Made by a program: the position numbers and the translations under genes | From: Halobacteriovoraceae bacterium | Lineage (GTDB): Bacteria; Bdellovibrionota; Bacteriovoracia; Bacteriovoracales; Bacteriovoracaceae | DNA length: 64,000 nt | Direction of reading: 5' to 3' | Assembly: GCA_963719505.1 (NCBI GenBank) | Contig: CAVRCF010000005.1 | Location: 1,152,001 to 1,216,000, forward strand | Notes under the pieces: model-generated | What the model saw: the letters and a program-made list of their open reading frames with translations, nothing else | Told to the model about the DNA's origin: nothing | The model's database searches: none | Part shown: positions 50,190-60,553 of the stretch, one piece after another | How positions within the stretch are numbered: the first letter of the stretch is position 1 | How the letters are laid out: each line of letters opens with the position of its first letter

Positions 50190-51323
50190 ATGAACGAACT
50201 ACAAATGGAACTGAGAAACTCAGTTAAAAAATTCTGTATCGATCAGATTGAGCCTCATATGGAACACGATGATGCCAATGAAAACTTTCGTATGGATATT
50301 TTCCAAGGCTTGGGAGAAATGGGCCTTGCTGGAATTACAATAAAAGAAGAAAACGGTGGAGCTGGTCTTGGATGTATGGATATGTGTGTGGTTCTTGAAG
50401 AAATAGCAAAATACTCAGTTGCCTACTCCGTAACTGTTTCAGTTTCAACAATGGTTCAGTCCATTATAGAAAAATTTGGAAATGAGGATCAAAAGAAAAA
50501 GTATCTCCCGAGCCTCACAGCAGGTAAAGAGATTGGAGCTTTTTGTTTATCTGAGTCTCACTCCGGAAGTGACGCTGCCTCATTAAAAACAACAGCAAAG
50601 AAAACTGACGGTGGATATATATTAAATGGAACAAAAATGTGGATCACCTCTGGTGGAGTCGCAAGCACCTATATTGTCATGGCCCGAACTGGTGGAGAAG
50701 GCGCAAAAGGTATTTCAGCTTTCATCGTTGAAGATGGAACTGAGGGGCTTAGTTTTGGAAAGAAAGAAAAAAAGATGGGATGGCGTGCTAGTCCTACTCG
50801 AGAAGTAATCTTTGAAAACTGCTTTATCCCTGATAAAAATCTTCTTCAAACAGAGGGAATGGGTTTTAAAATTGCAGCGAGTGCGCTTGATAAGGGAAGA
50901 GTCACTATTGGTGCGGTCGGAGTTGGTCTCGCAATGAGAGCGCTTGATGAAGCCGTTAAATACTCTTTGGAAAGAAAACAATTCAATCAAGCCATTTTTG
51001 ATTTCCAAGGACTGTCTTGGATGATTTCAGATATGGCCACTGACGTCGAAGCTGCGAAACTTCTCGTTTACGAAGCGGCAAGACAAATTGATGCTGGAAT
51101 GGATTGTGGAAAGATTGCCTCAATGGCAAAGATGAGGGCCACAGATACTGCTATGAAAGTCACAACTGATGCTGTCCAAGTTCACGGAGGTGTTGGTTAT
51201 ACTTCAGAGTATCCTGTTGAAAGATATATGCGAGATGCAAAAGTTCTTCAAATTGTTGAAGGAACAAATCAAGTTCAAAAAATAGTTATCGCTAGAAAAA
51301 TAAAAAAGGAATATCAAAAATGA
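50190..51323 (+). CDS. Short/branched-chain acyl-CoA dehydrogenase
   Basis: FCLSESHSGSD, KMWIT, RKQF, QVHGGVGY, QIVEGTNQ. Confidence 0.92.
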   Translation: MNELQMELRNSVKKFCIDQIEPHMEHDDANENFRMDIFQGLGEMGLAGITIKEENGGAGLGCMDMCVVLEEIAKYSVAYSVTVSVSTMVQSIIEKFGNEDQKKKYLPSLTAGKEIGAFCLSESHSGSDAASLKTTAKKTDGGYILNGTKMWITSGGVASTYIVMARTGGEGAKGISAFIVEDGTEGLSFGKKEKKMGWRASPTREVIFENCFIPDKNLLQTEGMGFKIAASALDKGRVTIGAVGVGLAMRALDEAVKYSLERKQFNQAIFDFQGLSWMISDMATDVEAAKLLVYEAARQIDAGMDCGKIASMAKMRATDTAMKVTTDAVQVHGGVGYTSEYPVERYMRDAKVLQIVEGTNQVQKIVIARKIKKEYQK

Positions 51324-52597
51324 TTTTTAACTTTCAGACAAATGCTGATTATTCTCATCACTCTTTTTCGAAAGACTACCTTAAAACAATGAGTGATAAG
51401 TTCCTAGGAACAATTAATAGAGATGATATCGGTTTCTTTCACTTAACTGAAAATAAAGCCCACCTTGAAACGACAAAAGTTATTTTTGAAAAATACAAAG
51501 GTAGAAAACACTTTGTCCAAATTGGAATTGGTGGATCAGCCCTTGGTCCTCAGATGCTCATCGATGCGCTGGGAAAAAAATCAAACGATAGGACTTTCAC
51601 ATTTCTCGACAATACAGACTCAGAATATATTAAAGATGAACTCAGTGCTATTAACCCTAAAGAATCGCTTTTTTATGTCGTCTCTAAATCGGGTGGTACG
51701 GCTGAGACCATGGCTTGCTTTGCCATTTGCCGTAAAGCTCTTCTTGACCAAGGTGTTGAAGAGAAAGACTTCAATAAGTACTTTGTTTTTTCAACTGATC
51801 CTGTAAAAAGTGACCTGAGAGATCTTGCAAACGAAAAGAATTATGACACTCTTGAGATCCCATCCAATATAGGTGGCCGATTTTCTGTCCTAACCAGTGT
51901 TGGTCTTCTTCCTGCTCTTTTTGCAGGAATTGATATCGATCAGCTCTTTGCTGGTGCACAAGAGATGAAAAAGATAATTCTTGAAAAAGAAGGAATGGAG
52001 AATCCACTTTATAAAGCTGGTGCGGAACTTGCTTTTGCTTTTATTGAAAGTGATCCCAAAGTAAATCAAACTATTCTTATGCCTTATTCGTCCAAACTCA
52101 AAAGCCTAAGTCATTGGTTTGTTCAGCTATGGGGAGAAAGCCTTGGAAAATATTCTGATGATAAGAAGAAAAATACAGGACTTACACCTATTCCAGCTTA
52201 CGGAGCGACAGATCAACACTCTCAAATGCAGCTCTTTATGGAAGGAACAAATGATAAGTTTCTCTTTCTTTTAGAGGTTGAAAATAAGTCTTGCGACTTT
52301 GAGTTGCAAAATTCTATAGGAAAAAGCTCAAGTGATGGTCTCAATGGCTACACTTTAAACCAACTCATTGAAGCTCAGTTGCACGGAACAATTAAAGCAC
52401 TAAGAGATAGAGATAGAAGCGTTGGCCATATAAAGATTGATAAGAATAACGCTCAAAACCTAGGTGCTCTTATCATTTATTTTGAAAGCCTGACCGCTTT
52501 GATGGGACACTATCTTTTTGTAGACCCTTTTAATCAGCCAGGTGTTGAACTTGGTAAAAAGTACGCCTATGAGTTTTTAGCAAAGAAAGGTAAATAG
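51320..52597 (+). CDS. pgi: Glucose-6-phosphate isomerase
   Basis: IGIGGSALG, SKSGGTAET, IGGRFSV, QLWGESLGK, DQHS, PFNQPGVE.GK. Confidence 0.95.
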   Translation: MIFNFQTNADYSHHSFSKDYLKTMSDKFLGTINRDDIGFFHLTENKAHLETTKVIFEKYKGRKHFVQIGIGGSALGPQMLIDALGKKSNDRTFTFLDNTDSEYIKDELSAINPKESLFYVVSKSGGTAETMACFAICRKALLDQGVEEKDFNKYFVFSTDPVKSDLRDLANEKNYDTLEIPSNIGGRFSVLTSVGLLPALFAGIDIDQLFAGAQEMKKIILEKEGMENPLYKAGAELAFAFIESDPKVNQTILMPYSSKLKSLSHWFVQLWGESLGKYSDDKKKNTGLTPIPAYGATDQHSQMQLFMEGTNDKFLFLLEVENKSCDFELQNSIGKSSSDGLNGYTLNQLIEAQLHGTIKALRDRDRSVGHIKIDKNNAQNLGALIIYFESLTALMGHYLFVDPFNQPGVELGKKYAYEFLAKKGK

Positions 52598-52692
52598 TAG
52601 TTTAAAAGGATGGGAAAAAGGTAATCTGTTGAAAAACATGGTTTTTCCTATAGAATAAAGCATAAATCTAAGGACAAATTGGAGAGAAATTA

Positions 52693-53598
52693 ATGAGTGA
52701 TGACGCTACATTAGTGATTACTGATATTAAGGCAGCTTTAGCTGCAAGTGATAAAGAGGCTGAGTCAAAGCCGGCGTGTTTACTCGTTGTTGGTGGCGAA
52801 CTAAACGGAGCAATTTTTGATCTTCAAGATGGTGACAATACAGTTGGTAGAAATCCCGATTGTGAAATCCCTCTCGACTTTCAAGGTATATCAAGAAAAC
52901 ACTTTAAGGTTAATGTTAATACAGATGTTGTTAAACTAACAGATCTTGGTTCAAGCAATGGAACTTATGTTAACAATGAAAAAATAAGTGGCGATCTAGA
53001 GCTTAAAAAAGGCGATATGATCAAGATTGGTAGTATGGCGTTAAAGTTTCTTCCAAAAGGTGATACTGAGAGACTAACCTACGACAAACTTCAAGAGGAT
53101 GCCAATACTGATGGCCTTACGAAGTGTTATAACAAAATGTATTTTAACAATAAGTTAGACCTTGAAGTAAAGAAATCAAAAGTTACGGGTAATCCCCTCT
53201 CTCTTGTTATCTTTGACCTAGATCACTTTAAGCACCTCAATGATAATTACGGCCACGATGCAGGAGATTACGTTCTTGCAGAGAAAGCTGATCTTCTACG
53301 AGATAATGGAATTAGAAAAGGTGATACGTTCGCTCGATATGGTGGAGAGGAATTCGTTGTTCTCCTACCAAACACAAATTTAAAACAAGCTTTTGAAATC
53401 GCAGAAAGACTAAGAAAACTTGTGGAAACACATGAGTTCATCTACGACGGAAAAAAACTTCCAGTTACCGCATCGATCGGTGTTGCTGATTATCGTCAGG
53501 GAGTCAACACAGGGACAGATCTTTTCAAAAGAGCGGATTCTGCAGTTTATAAATCCAAAGAAGGCGGAAGAAATCAAGTCAACTTTTATAAAGGATGA
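52693..53598 (+). CDS. FHA-GGDEF diguanylate cyclase (DgcB-like)
   Basis: FHA GR...SRKH...DLGSSNGT; DLDHFK, RKGD I-site, GGEEF. Confidence 0.92.
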   Translation: MSDDATLVITDIKAALAASDKEAESKPACLLVVGGELNGAIFDLQDGDNTVGRNPDCEIPLDFQGISRKHFKVNVNTDVVKLTDLGSSNGTYVNNEKISGDLELKKGDMIKIGSMALKFLPKGDTERLTYDKLQEDANTDGLTKCYNKMYFNNKLDLEVKKSKVTGNPLSLVIFDLDHFKHLNDNYGHDAGDYVLAEKADLLRDNGIRKGDTFARYGGEEFVVLLPNTNLKQAFEIAERLRKLVETHEFIYDGKKLPVTASIGVADYRQGVNTGTDLFKRADSAVYKSKEGGRNQVNFYKG

Positions 53599-55271
53599 CT
53601 AACATGAGCGACTCGCTCAACACTGACAAAATTAACTTACTTCCTGAACATATCATCGACCAGATTAAAGCTGGTGAAGTCATCGAACGTCCAGCAACTT
53701 TACTAAAAGAGTTGTTGGAAAATTCGGTCGATGCCAAATCAACTAAAATTTCAATTCATATTATCAATATGGGACTTGATTTAATTAGTGTTGAAGATAA
53801 CGGTGTCGGTATCTCTTATGATGACCTTCCCCTAGCCTTCTGTCGTCACGCAACTAGTAAAATTGATAACTTTGAGGACCTCTATAAACTCTACACTTAT
53901 GGTTTTAGAGGGGAAGCTCTTGCAAGTATGGCCTCTGTGTCAAAGGTTACCTGTACATCAAATAAAGCTGATTCACCAAAAGGAACTTTCAAAGTTCACG
54001 GTGGAGAGATATTATCTCAAACCAGAGAAAAAACAATTTTAGGAAAAAGTGGTACAGGAATATTTGTCAAAGACCTCTTCTTTAATACACCTGTTCGAAT
54101 GAAATTTCTTCAATCCCAAACAAGTGAAAGAAATCAATTAAAGAAAATTCTCAATGCTTTTATCCTCACTCATCCCGAGATAGAATTTGCAATAAAGTGG
54201 GATGATGGTTTAAAAGAAGTTTATCCTATTGTCTCTGGTCTTGAAGAGCGTATCAAGAAACTCTTTGAAAAGAAGAGAGACCCACTTGAGCTTATCCATT
54301 TTGAAAGCGAATACGATAATAGTGAAATGGAGATGTATCTTTCTTTGAATTCAAGTAAAGGTCATGCTGGAAAATTTCAATATATTTTTATCAATGGACG
54401 CTATGTTCAAGATATTCAAATACATAAAATCATCTTAAACTCAGCACAGAGTCTGTGGCCTTTTGGACAAAGTGGTAATTATATTGTTTTTCTAAGCATT
54501 GACCCCCATAGACTTGATGTTAATGTTCACCCTAATAAAACTGTCATTAAGCTCTTTGCCGCTAATGCCATTTTTTCATTGATCTCCAGTTCAATTAAAA
54601 GATACCTTCCTAAAAATACTCATACATCTCAGTTCACTCCGTCTCAATCGGATCTTGGTATTGACAGAGATATTAAAAACTTCAAAGACATTAATTATAA
54701 AAGTCAGGATTTTACTAGCTCAAACTCCCTTCAAAACTATTTTGAAGGTTTAGATAATACTGGTCAAACAACAGAGAGTTCTGTCATTTTTAAATTTAAA
54801 GACAAAGATGCTTGTCTCGTTGCTCTTCAAGAAGGGACTTACCTTTTAGACAATAAATTATTTTTTTTCAATATGATTGAGACTCTTTTTAAAAAAGATA
54901 TCAATAGCACTCCAACACCTCTTCTAGTTAGTTCTCCTATCCCATTAGAGAAGAGTCTTAAAAATGAGCGTCTAGAGCAAGTTCAAGCGATGGGTTTTGA
55001 GTTAGATTTTTTTGATAAATCAACTCTTGTCCTCAGGGCTTTTCCCCAGATGATTTCCTCTTTTCCTGTTGAAAAGATTCTCATGATGCTAATTGATCCA
55101 AAAACTTCAATAAAACAAACTGATGTCGTTTTAAATCGAGAAGCACAGATAGATTTTATTCCCAGTATTGGAAACATAGAAGACAGTTTAGAATTGTGCG
55201 GACTCAGCCAAATGACACAAAACCGAGTCATTAAAAAAGTGACAGGTAAAGATATGCTTAAGTTACTATGA
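53595..55271 (+). CDS. mutL: DNA mismatch repair protein MutL (start 53595 or 53604)
   Basis: AGEVIERPA, KELLENSVDA, DNG.G, HATSKI, GFRGEALAS, DVNVHPNK; upstream of miaA. Confidence 0.93.
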   Translation: MTNMSDSLNTDKINLLPEHIIDQIKAGEVIERPATLLKELLENSVDAKSTKISIHIINMGLDLISVEDNGVGISYDDLPLAFCRHATSKIDNFEDLYKLYTYGFRGEALASMASVSKVTCTSNKADSPKGTFKVHGGEILSQTREKTILGKSGTGIFVKDLFFNTPVRMKFLQSQTSERNQLKKILNAFILTHPEIEFAIKWDDGLKEVYPIVSGLEERIKKLFEKKRDPLELIHFESEYDNSEMEMYLSLNSSKGHAGKFQYIFINGRYVQDIQIHKIILNSAQSLWPFGQSGNYIVFLSIDPHRLDVNVHPNKTVIKLFAANAIFSLISSSIKRYLPKNTHTSQFTPSQSDLGIDRDIKNFKDINYKSQDFTSSNSLQNYFEGLDNTGQTTESSVIFKFKDKDACLVALQEGTYLLDNKLFFFNMIETLFKKDINSTPTPLLVSSPIPLEKSLKNERLEQVQAMGFELDFFDKSTLVLRAFPQMISSFPVEKILMMLIDPKTSIKQTDVVLNREAQIDFIPSIGNIEDSLELCGLSQMTQNRVIKKVTGKDMLKLL

Positions 55272-56221
55272 AAAATATTATTTGTGTTATTTCGGGACCA
55301 ACGGCAAGCGGCAAGACGAGTACGAGTATAGAGCTTGCCAAGAAATTTGGTGGGGAAATTGTCAATTTCGACTCACTTTTATTTTATCGGGAAATTCATA
55401 TCGGTACCGCAAAGCCCACCGCTGATGAAAGAGGTGATATCATTCATCACTTTGTTGACTGTGCCAGCGTAAACTCACCTATAAATGCAGCGGACTATTC
55501 AAAAATGGCCATAGAGAAAATAAATGAGCTTCACCGTCAAAGTAAGATTGTCTATCTGGTTGGCGGATCAGGCTTTTACTTGCAAGCTGTTCTCAAAGGT
55601 ATGTACGAATCAAAAACAACCCCCAAAAATATTATCGACAGATCCGATATATTATATAGAGACCATGGAATTGATCCTTTTAGAGAGATATTAAAAGAGC
55701 ATGACAGTAAATCATATGATCAATATCACGAAAATGATCACTATAGAATAAGAAGGGCCGTTGAGCATTATTGGAGTAACGGAACCTTATTTTCTGATCA
55801 AAGAGAAAAAATGGATCAAAGAGAAGATGTCTCCCCCCAAGTAGTAAACGAGTGGAATGTCTTCCATGCCCACTTAGACTTAGACAAAGAATCTCACTTC
55901 GATATTATTCAACAAAGAACCAAAAAGATGTTGGATGATGGTCTACTAGAAGAAGTCGAAGATCTTATAAGTGAGGGCTTTACAGGTGCCGAGAAACCTC
56001 TAAAATCAATTGGCTATAAGGAATGCTTTGGTTATAAATCCGGAATTTTCAAGGACCGCCAGGAACTTGAGGAGCGAATTAATATATCCACTAGGCAATT
56101 AGCAAAAGCACAAAGGACTTGGTTTAAAAAAGTAGACAAGTCGACATATAACCCCCTCTTTGATAAATTAGAATTAGAAGAAGATTTTAAGACTTTTATA
56201 GGAGTCAATAGTGACAATTGA
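55268..56221 (+). CDS. miaA: tRNA dimethylallyltransferase
   Basis: GPTASGKT, IGTAKP, VGGSGFY, IGYKE, TRQLAK.QRTWF. Confidence 0.95.
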   Translation: MKNIICVISGPTASGKTSTSIELAKKFGGEIVNFDSLLFYREIHIGTAKPTADERGDIIHHFVDCASVNSPINAADYSKMAIEKINELHRQSKIVYLVGGSGFYLQAVLKGMYESKTTPKNIIDRSDILYRDHGIDPFREILKEHDSKSYDQYHENDHYRIRRAVEHYWSNGTLFSDQREKMDQREDVSPQVVNEWNVFHAHLDLDKESHFDIIQQRTKKMLDDGLLEEVEDLISEGFTGAEKPLKSIGYKECFGYKSGIFKDRQELEERINISTRQLAKAQRTWFKKVDKSTYNPLFDKLELEEDFKTFIGVNSDN

Positions 56222-57083
56222 ACAAAAGAAAAATTTGAAAGTTATCGTTATATCTGATGGTACCGGAGAGACAGCGACAGAAATGACCAGAGCAGCAGTT
56301 GCTCAATTTCCAGACAAAGAGATTTTTTTTACACGTTATAAAAATGTAAGAACAAAGGATCATATTGAGGCGATCTTTCAAGAAGCAGTTCTTCATCATG
56401 ATATGATTGTCTACACTATCGTTTCTAAAGAGCTTAGACTCTTTGTTCAAAAGCTGAGTAAAGAACAAAAAGTTCGATCAACAGATCTATTAGGTCCTCT
56501 TCTTCAAAGTTTTTCAAATGTTTTTGAAATGGAACCTGACTACCAACCTGGACTTCTCCACGCAGTCAATGATGAATACTTTAGAAAAGTTGCCGCTGTA
56601 GAATTCACTCTTAATCACGATGATGGTCGAAATATTAAAACGTTGGAAGAAGCCGATGTTATTTTACTAGGCATTTCTAGAACCTCTAAAACTCCTTTGT
56701 CTATTTACCTCTCTTTAGAAGGAATAAAAGTTGTTAATGTTCCTATTATTATGAATATGCCACTACCTGAAAAAATCTTTGATATAGATCAAAGAAAGAT
56801 CTTTGGTCTCACCATTGATCCGGCAGCTTTACATGAGATACGTAAAAATAGACTCTCAAGACTTGGAGCCGTCAAAGAAGGTGATTATGCTGATATCAAG
56901 AAAGTTTCAGAGGAAATAGAGTGGGCCAATTCACTTTTTGCTGAAAATAAAAGATGGCCTATTTTCAATGTTACTGGAAAAGCGCTAGAAGAAACTGCAG
57001 CAGAAATAACAAAGCTTCTCAATATGCGTAAAGAAAATCGCTTTAAGCATAAGAAACGCTTTGAGAAAAAACCCAAAGCGTAG
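56211..57083 (+). CDS. ppsR: PEP synthase/PPDK regulatory kinase-pyrophosphorylase (DUF299)
   Basis: ISDGTGETA, HDDG, GISRTSKTPLS.YL, KALEETA. Confidence 0.92.
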   Translation: MTIEQKKNLKVIVISDGTGETATEMTRAAVAQFPDKEIFFTRYKNVRTKDHIEAIFQEAVLHHDMIVYTIVSKELRLFVQKLSKEQKVRSTDLLGPLLQSFSNVFEMEPDYQPGLLHAVNDEYFRKVAAVEFTLNHDDGRNIKTLEEADVILLGISRTSKTPLSIYLSLEGIKVVNVPIIMNMPLPEKIFDIDQRKIFGLTIDPAALHEIRKNRLSRLGAVKEGDYADIKKVSEEIEWANSLFAENKRWPIFNVTGKALEETAAEITKLLNMRKENRFKHKKRFEKKPKA

Positions 57084-57095
57084 ATGACTAAGCCG

Positions 57096-59015
57096 TTACT
57101 CTAAGAATAGTTTTTTATTTTCTTCTATAACAAACTTCACACTTCTTTCTGTTCCCAGTAGTGGATTTGCGATGACACCTTTGTACGCACCAGCTGGTAC
57201 TCTATAGTTGTCAATTGGTAGATCTCTTTCGACTTTATCTCCGTCGATATAGAAAATAATTTTTGAACCAGAAGTAAAGTTTCTTGAAGTACTAAGTAAA
57301 CCTATTCTTTCTCTTTCTAAAGCTGGAACGTTGACGTTAACTTGTTGCTTAGTAGTATCAAGTCTAATCGCTTTATGAACATATTTTTTATAGCCAGATT
57401 TTTTAATCGTAACTTCTAATTTCTTATGCAGAGGGACCTTGATCGCGATACCATCAAGTTCCATTTTTCTACCGTTAACAAAGACTTCCATATCAAAATC
57501 ATAATTAGAGAATGTAATTGATCCTTGATCTCCCTGACTCGCCTTCGCTTGTCCTGGGTTTTGTCCCGAAACAGAGCTTGTTTTTCGACTTCCACCAAAG
57601 CTATCGCCAAGAATGTCTTTTACAACATCTTGCTGTGTATAGAGAAATCCGAAAACAAGAACTGAAGCAATCGCCCCATAGACCATATTATTTGATTTTT
57701 TCGGAGCAACTTGTTTAGAAGAACTCGTTCTCGTTCGAGTCGATGCGGTTCTTCTGACACTTCTTGTTGTGGTTGCACTTTTTCTCGCTTGAGTCTTACC
57801 TGTTGTTGCTCTTCTTCCAACTTTCTTCGTTTGAGTTGCACCATTTCGAACCTTAGTTGAAGTGGCATTGGCTCTTGTATCGAGAAGAAGTGTCTCCGAT
57901 GCATCAATATTTTTTGTGTCTCCAAAGTCTAGAACAATTTTCGACTTTGTTAAACTTTTTGAATCAGCAACGGCATTAGACCCTGATCGAGACTCTCCAT
58001 TAGCAGCATCATCTTTTATCTCTGCCAAGTATGGAGTAATATCGATCTTTCCATAGTTAACAAATTTCTTTTTATCTGATGTAATCTCTTCTGCAAATAG
58101 TTGTTCTGCAAAAGAATTTAAATCTGTTGGGTTAAAGTCTGGATAATTTTGATAAAGAAACTTAACAAGAGCTCTGTTAAATTTATCCATATCTTCATAA
58201 CGCCCACTTCTATCTTTAGAAAGAGCTTTAAGAACAATTGCGTCTAATTCTTTTGGAATATGAGGGTTGAACTTTGATGGTGGTGGAATTTTACAGGCTT
58301 GAATCTGCTTTAAAACCGCAAGATCGTTATTCGCCGTAAAAAGTTTTCTTCCCGTCAACATTTCCCACAAAGTAATACCAACAGCGAATTCATCATAGCG
58401 AGGGTCTAAATCTAACCCATCGAGATACTCTGGTGCTAAGTAAGAGAGTTTCCCCTTGATCGTTCCCGCTTGAGTGGCTTCAGAGTTTGAATCAGCTTTA
58501 GCGATACCAAAGTCAATAACTTTAACTGCTCCGTCATAAGTTAACATTATATTATGAGGAGAAATATCTCTATGAATAATATTAAAAGGTTTCCCCGTCA
58601 ATTTGTCTGTGAATGTATGAGCATAATGAAGCGCCTGACAAACCTGAGAGATAATATAAACAGAGATTTCCTCAGGAAAAACACACTTTCTCTCTTTAAG
58701 TCTATCAAGGTATTGTTTTAAGTTTGCACCATCAACGTATTCCATTGCTGTAAAGAGTTGAGCGTTTACCATTCCATAGTCGTACATTTGCACAATATTA
58801 GGGTGAAGAAGACCAAACGTTACATTTATCTCATCTTCAAACATTTGAACAAATGAAGGGTCTTTAGAAAACTGCTGTTGAACCATCTTTATGGCCACAA
58901 TCTTATTTGCTTGCTCACCTAAATAACGGGCCCGACAAATTTTTGCCATACCACCGTCAACTAAATGATCTAGGATAAGATACTTTCCAAATCTTTCAAA
59001 TTTATTTTCGCTCAT
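57096..59015 (-). CDS. Membrane-anchored Hanks-type Ser/Thr protein kinase
   Basis: GGMA, VAIK, HRDISPHN, DFGIAK, YLAPE; TM helix; periplasmic PEGA-like beta domains. Confidence 0.93.
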   Translation of the reverse strand: MSENKFERFGKYLILDHLVDGGMAKICRARYLGEQANKIVAIKMVQQQFSKDPSFVQMFEDEINVTFGLLHPNIVQMYDYGMVNAQLFTAMEYVDGANLKQYLDRLKERKCVFPEEISVYIISQVCQALHYAHTFTDKLTGKPFNIIHRDISPHNIMLTYDGAVKVIDFGIAKADSNSEATQAGTIKGKLSYLAPEYLDGLDLDPRYDEFAVGITLWEMLTGRKLFTANNDLAVLKQIQACKIPPPSKFNPHIPKELDAIVLKALSKDRSGRYEDMDKFNRALVKFLYQNYPDFNPTDLNSFAEQLFAEEITSDKKKFVNYGKIDITPYLAEIKDDAANGESRSGSNAVADSKSLTKSKIVLDFGDTKNIDASETLLLDTRANATSTKVRNGATQTKKVGRRATTGKTQARKSATTTRSVRRTASTRTRTSSSKQVAPKKSNNMVYGAIASVLVFGFLYTQQDVVKDILGDSFGGSRKTSSVSGQNPGQAKASQGDQGSITFSNYDFDMEVFVNGRKMELDGIAIKVPLHKKLEVTIKKSGYKKYVHKAIRLDTTKQQVNVNVPALERERIGLLSTSRNFTSGSKIIFYIDGDKVERDLPIDNYRVPAGAYKGVIANPLLGTERSVKFVIEENKKLFLE

Positions 59016-59032
59016 ATTAAAACCTCAAGAAC

Positions 59033-59060
59033 TTATCGACCAATTTTAGGTTTTCCTTAA
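59033..59060 (-). promoter_or_regulatory. sigma-28 (FliA)-like promoter of the kinase
   Basis: TAAG-N15-GTCGATAA, 17 nt upstream of ATG. Confidence 0.6.
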
Positions 59061-59114
59061 TAGGAATAGAGGACTTTTTTTATATTAACATGATTCTGGA
59101 GTAAAATTATCGGC

Positions 59115-59645
59115 TTAGAGCAGATCAACCTTTGTAAAACCAGGAATTGTCGTCCAAATAGATTTTATTTCTGGAACGGTACTGGATGCACAAAAGCCTG
59201 TAACCTTGTGATTTTCAAAGTTCATTTCGTTAACTGTAACATGAGCTTGAATATTGGCCTTAAATTTAGGGATGTTTATTTCTCGAAGCCCGGCCTCTTT
59301 AAGAGCCCCCGTTAACTTCACTCGAGACAGAGTCCGAAAGTTGTTTGTATACAAAAGTGCCACATAAAATTGACTGCAACTATTTAAAAGTTCATCCTTA
59401 CTAGTGCCTAACCACCTTGAAAAAGGAGACTTTTCATCAAGTTTAACTAGGAGTATATCTGCTGATAGTTTCGCTTTTTGATACCATGATGTTCTCTTAA
59501 AGATGAGTGAATCATCCCACTTTCCATCTTTATCTACCCCACCAACAAAAGCGATATTCTCTTTTACCACCTTATTTGTCTCCACCATTGATGCACAACC
59601 AAAACCCACAATTGAAATGAGGATGAGTGATAGATATTTTTTCAT
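59115..59645 (-). CDS. Hypothetical lipoprotein
   Basis: Lipobox GFGC; overlaps upstream stop. Confidence 0.75.
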   Translation of the reverse strand: MKKYLSLILISIVGFGCASMVETNKVVKENIAFVGGVDKDGKWDDSLIFKRTSWYQKAKLSADILLVKLDEKSPFSRWLGTSKDELLNSCSQFYVALLYTNNFRTLSRVKLTGALKEAGLREINIPKFKANIQAHVTVNEMNFENHKVTGFCASSTVPEIKSIWTTIPGFTKVDLL

Positions 59646-60550
59646 TTTTTCTCCCAGGTTTTATTTTTTATATAATGACTAATTTCTTTGAACGCTTGTG
59701 ATCTGTCTTTGTCGTTTAATAAATCGTGCTTTGAATTAGGATACAAAGAGACTTTTGTTTTTGTTTTATCAAGTCCACTTATGAACAACTTCGTCTTCTC
59801 ATTATCAACTATAGAGTCATCCCCTGACAATAAAAAGAAAAAGGGATTTTTTAAATAATATGAATAAGGTGTAATTGTTTTGCTCGTTTTTAAAATTTCA
59901 AGACCTAGCTTCATTGTCATAAATTTAGAGTTCAGAGGATCGTGATTAAAGGCAATTGCTCTTTCTCTATCCCCGGTTAAGTCAAAACCATCGTACAGAG
60001 AAGGAAGTCTGAGTTTTCCAAGCTTTGAAGAAAAAAGAAGACTCAAATTACTTAAGAAGGGAGGCAGGTCTATTTTGGGCTTGATGCAAGGATTAGTCAA
60101 AATAACTGACGATACCTTAAATGGAATTTGATCTGCTTTATCAACAAGAGTCTTTATAAGAACCATTCCCCCTAGACTATGACCAATGAAATGTGTTTCG
60201 ACCTCGTGTTCACTATAGAGGTGGTGAAAAAGTCTCGTAAACTTCAAGAAGTCCTCTACAAAATAGTCAAATTTTTCTATATAGGCACGAGAGCCTCCAC
60301 TTAGGCCATGGCCAACTAAATCCATCGAAGAGATAACGACACTTTTACCTATGGTATCTCTTAAGTGATCAAAGAGTTCATTGTGTCTTTTGTGGTATTC
60401 GACAGCTCCGTGTTGAAAAATGATATGGATTATTTTTTTTGGAAGCTTTGTCTTAGGGTAAAGAGTTTTTGTAAAGCAATGAGCTTTTCCTTGAGATGAT
60501 TCAAAGTTTGAATCGACTACGCGGTGGAGCTCATGTGCAGACTTTGTCAT
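59642..60550 (-). CDS. Lysophospholipase-like alpha/beta hydrolase
   Basis: HGAVE, DLVGHGLSGG, GHSLGG, DSIV, KHDL. Confidence 0.88.
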   Translation of the reverse strand: MTKSAHELHRVVDSNFESSQGKAHCFTKTLYPKTKLPKKIIHIIFQHGAVEYHKRHNELFDHLRDTIGKSVVISSMDLVGHGLSGGSRAYIEKFDYFVEDFLKFTRLFHHLYSEHEVETHFIGHSLGGMVLIKTLVDKADQIPFKVSSVILTNPCIKPKIDLPPFLSNLSLLFSSKLGKLRLPSLYDGFDLTGDRERAIAFNHDPLNSKFMTMKLGLEILKTSKTITPYSYYLKNPFFFLLSGDDSIVDNEKTKLFISGLDKTKTKVSLYPNSKHDLLNDKDRSQAFKEISHYIKNKTWEKK

Positions 60551-60553
60551 TTT

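Noticed and set aside
57700-57870. Repeat-like Thr/Arg/Ser stretch in the kinase
   Set aside because: Low-complexity protein linker, not a DNA tandem repeat.
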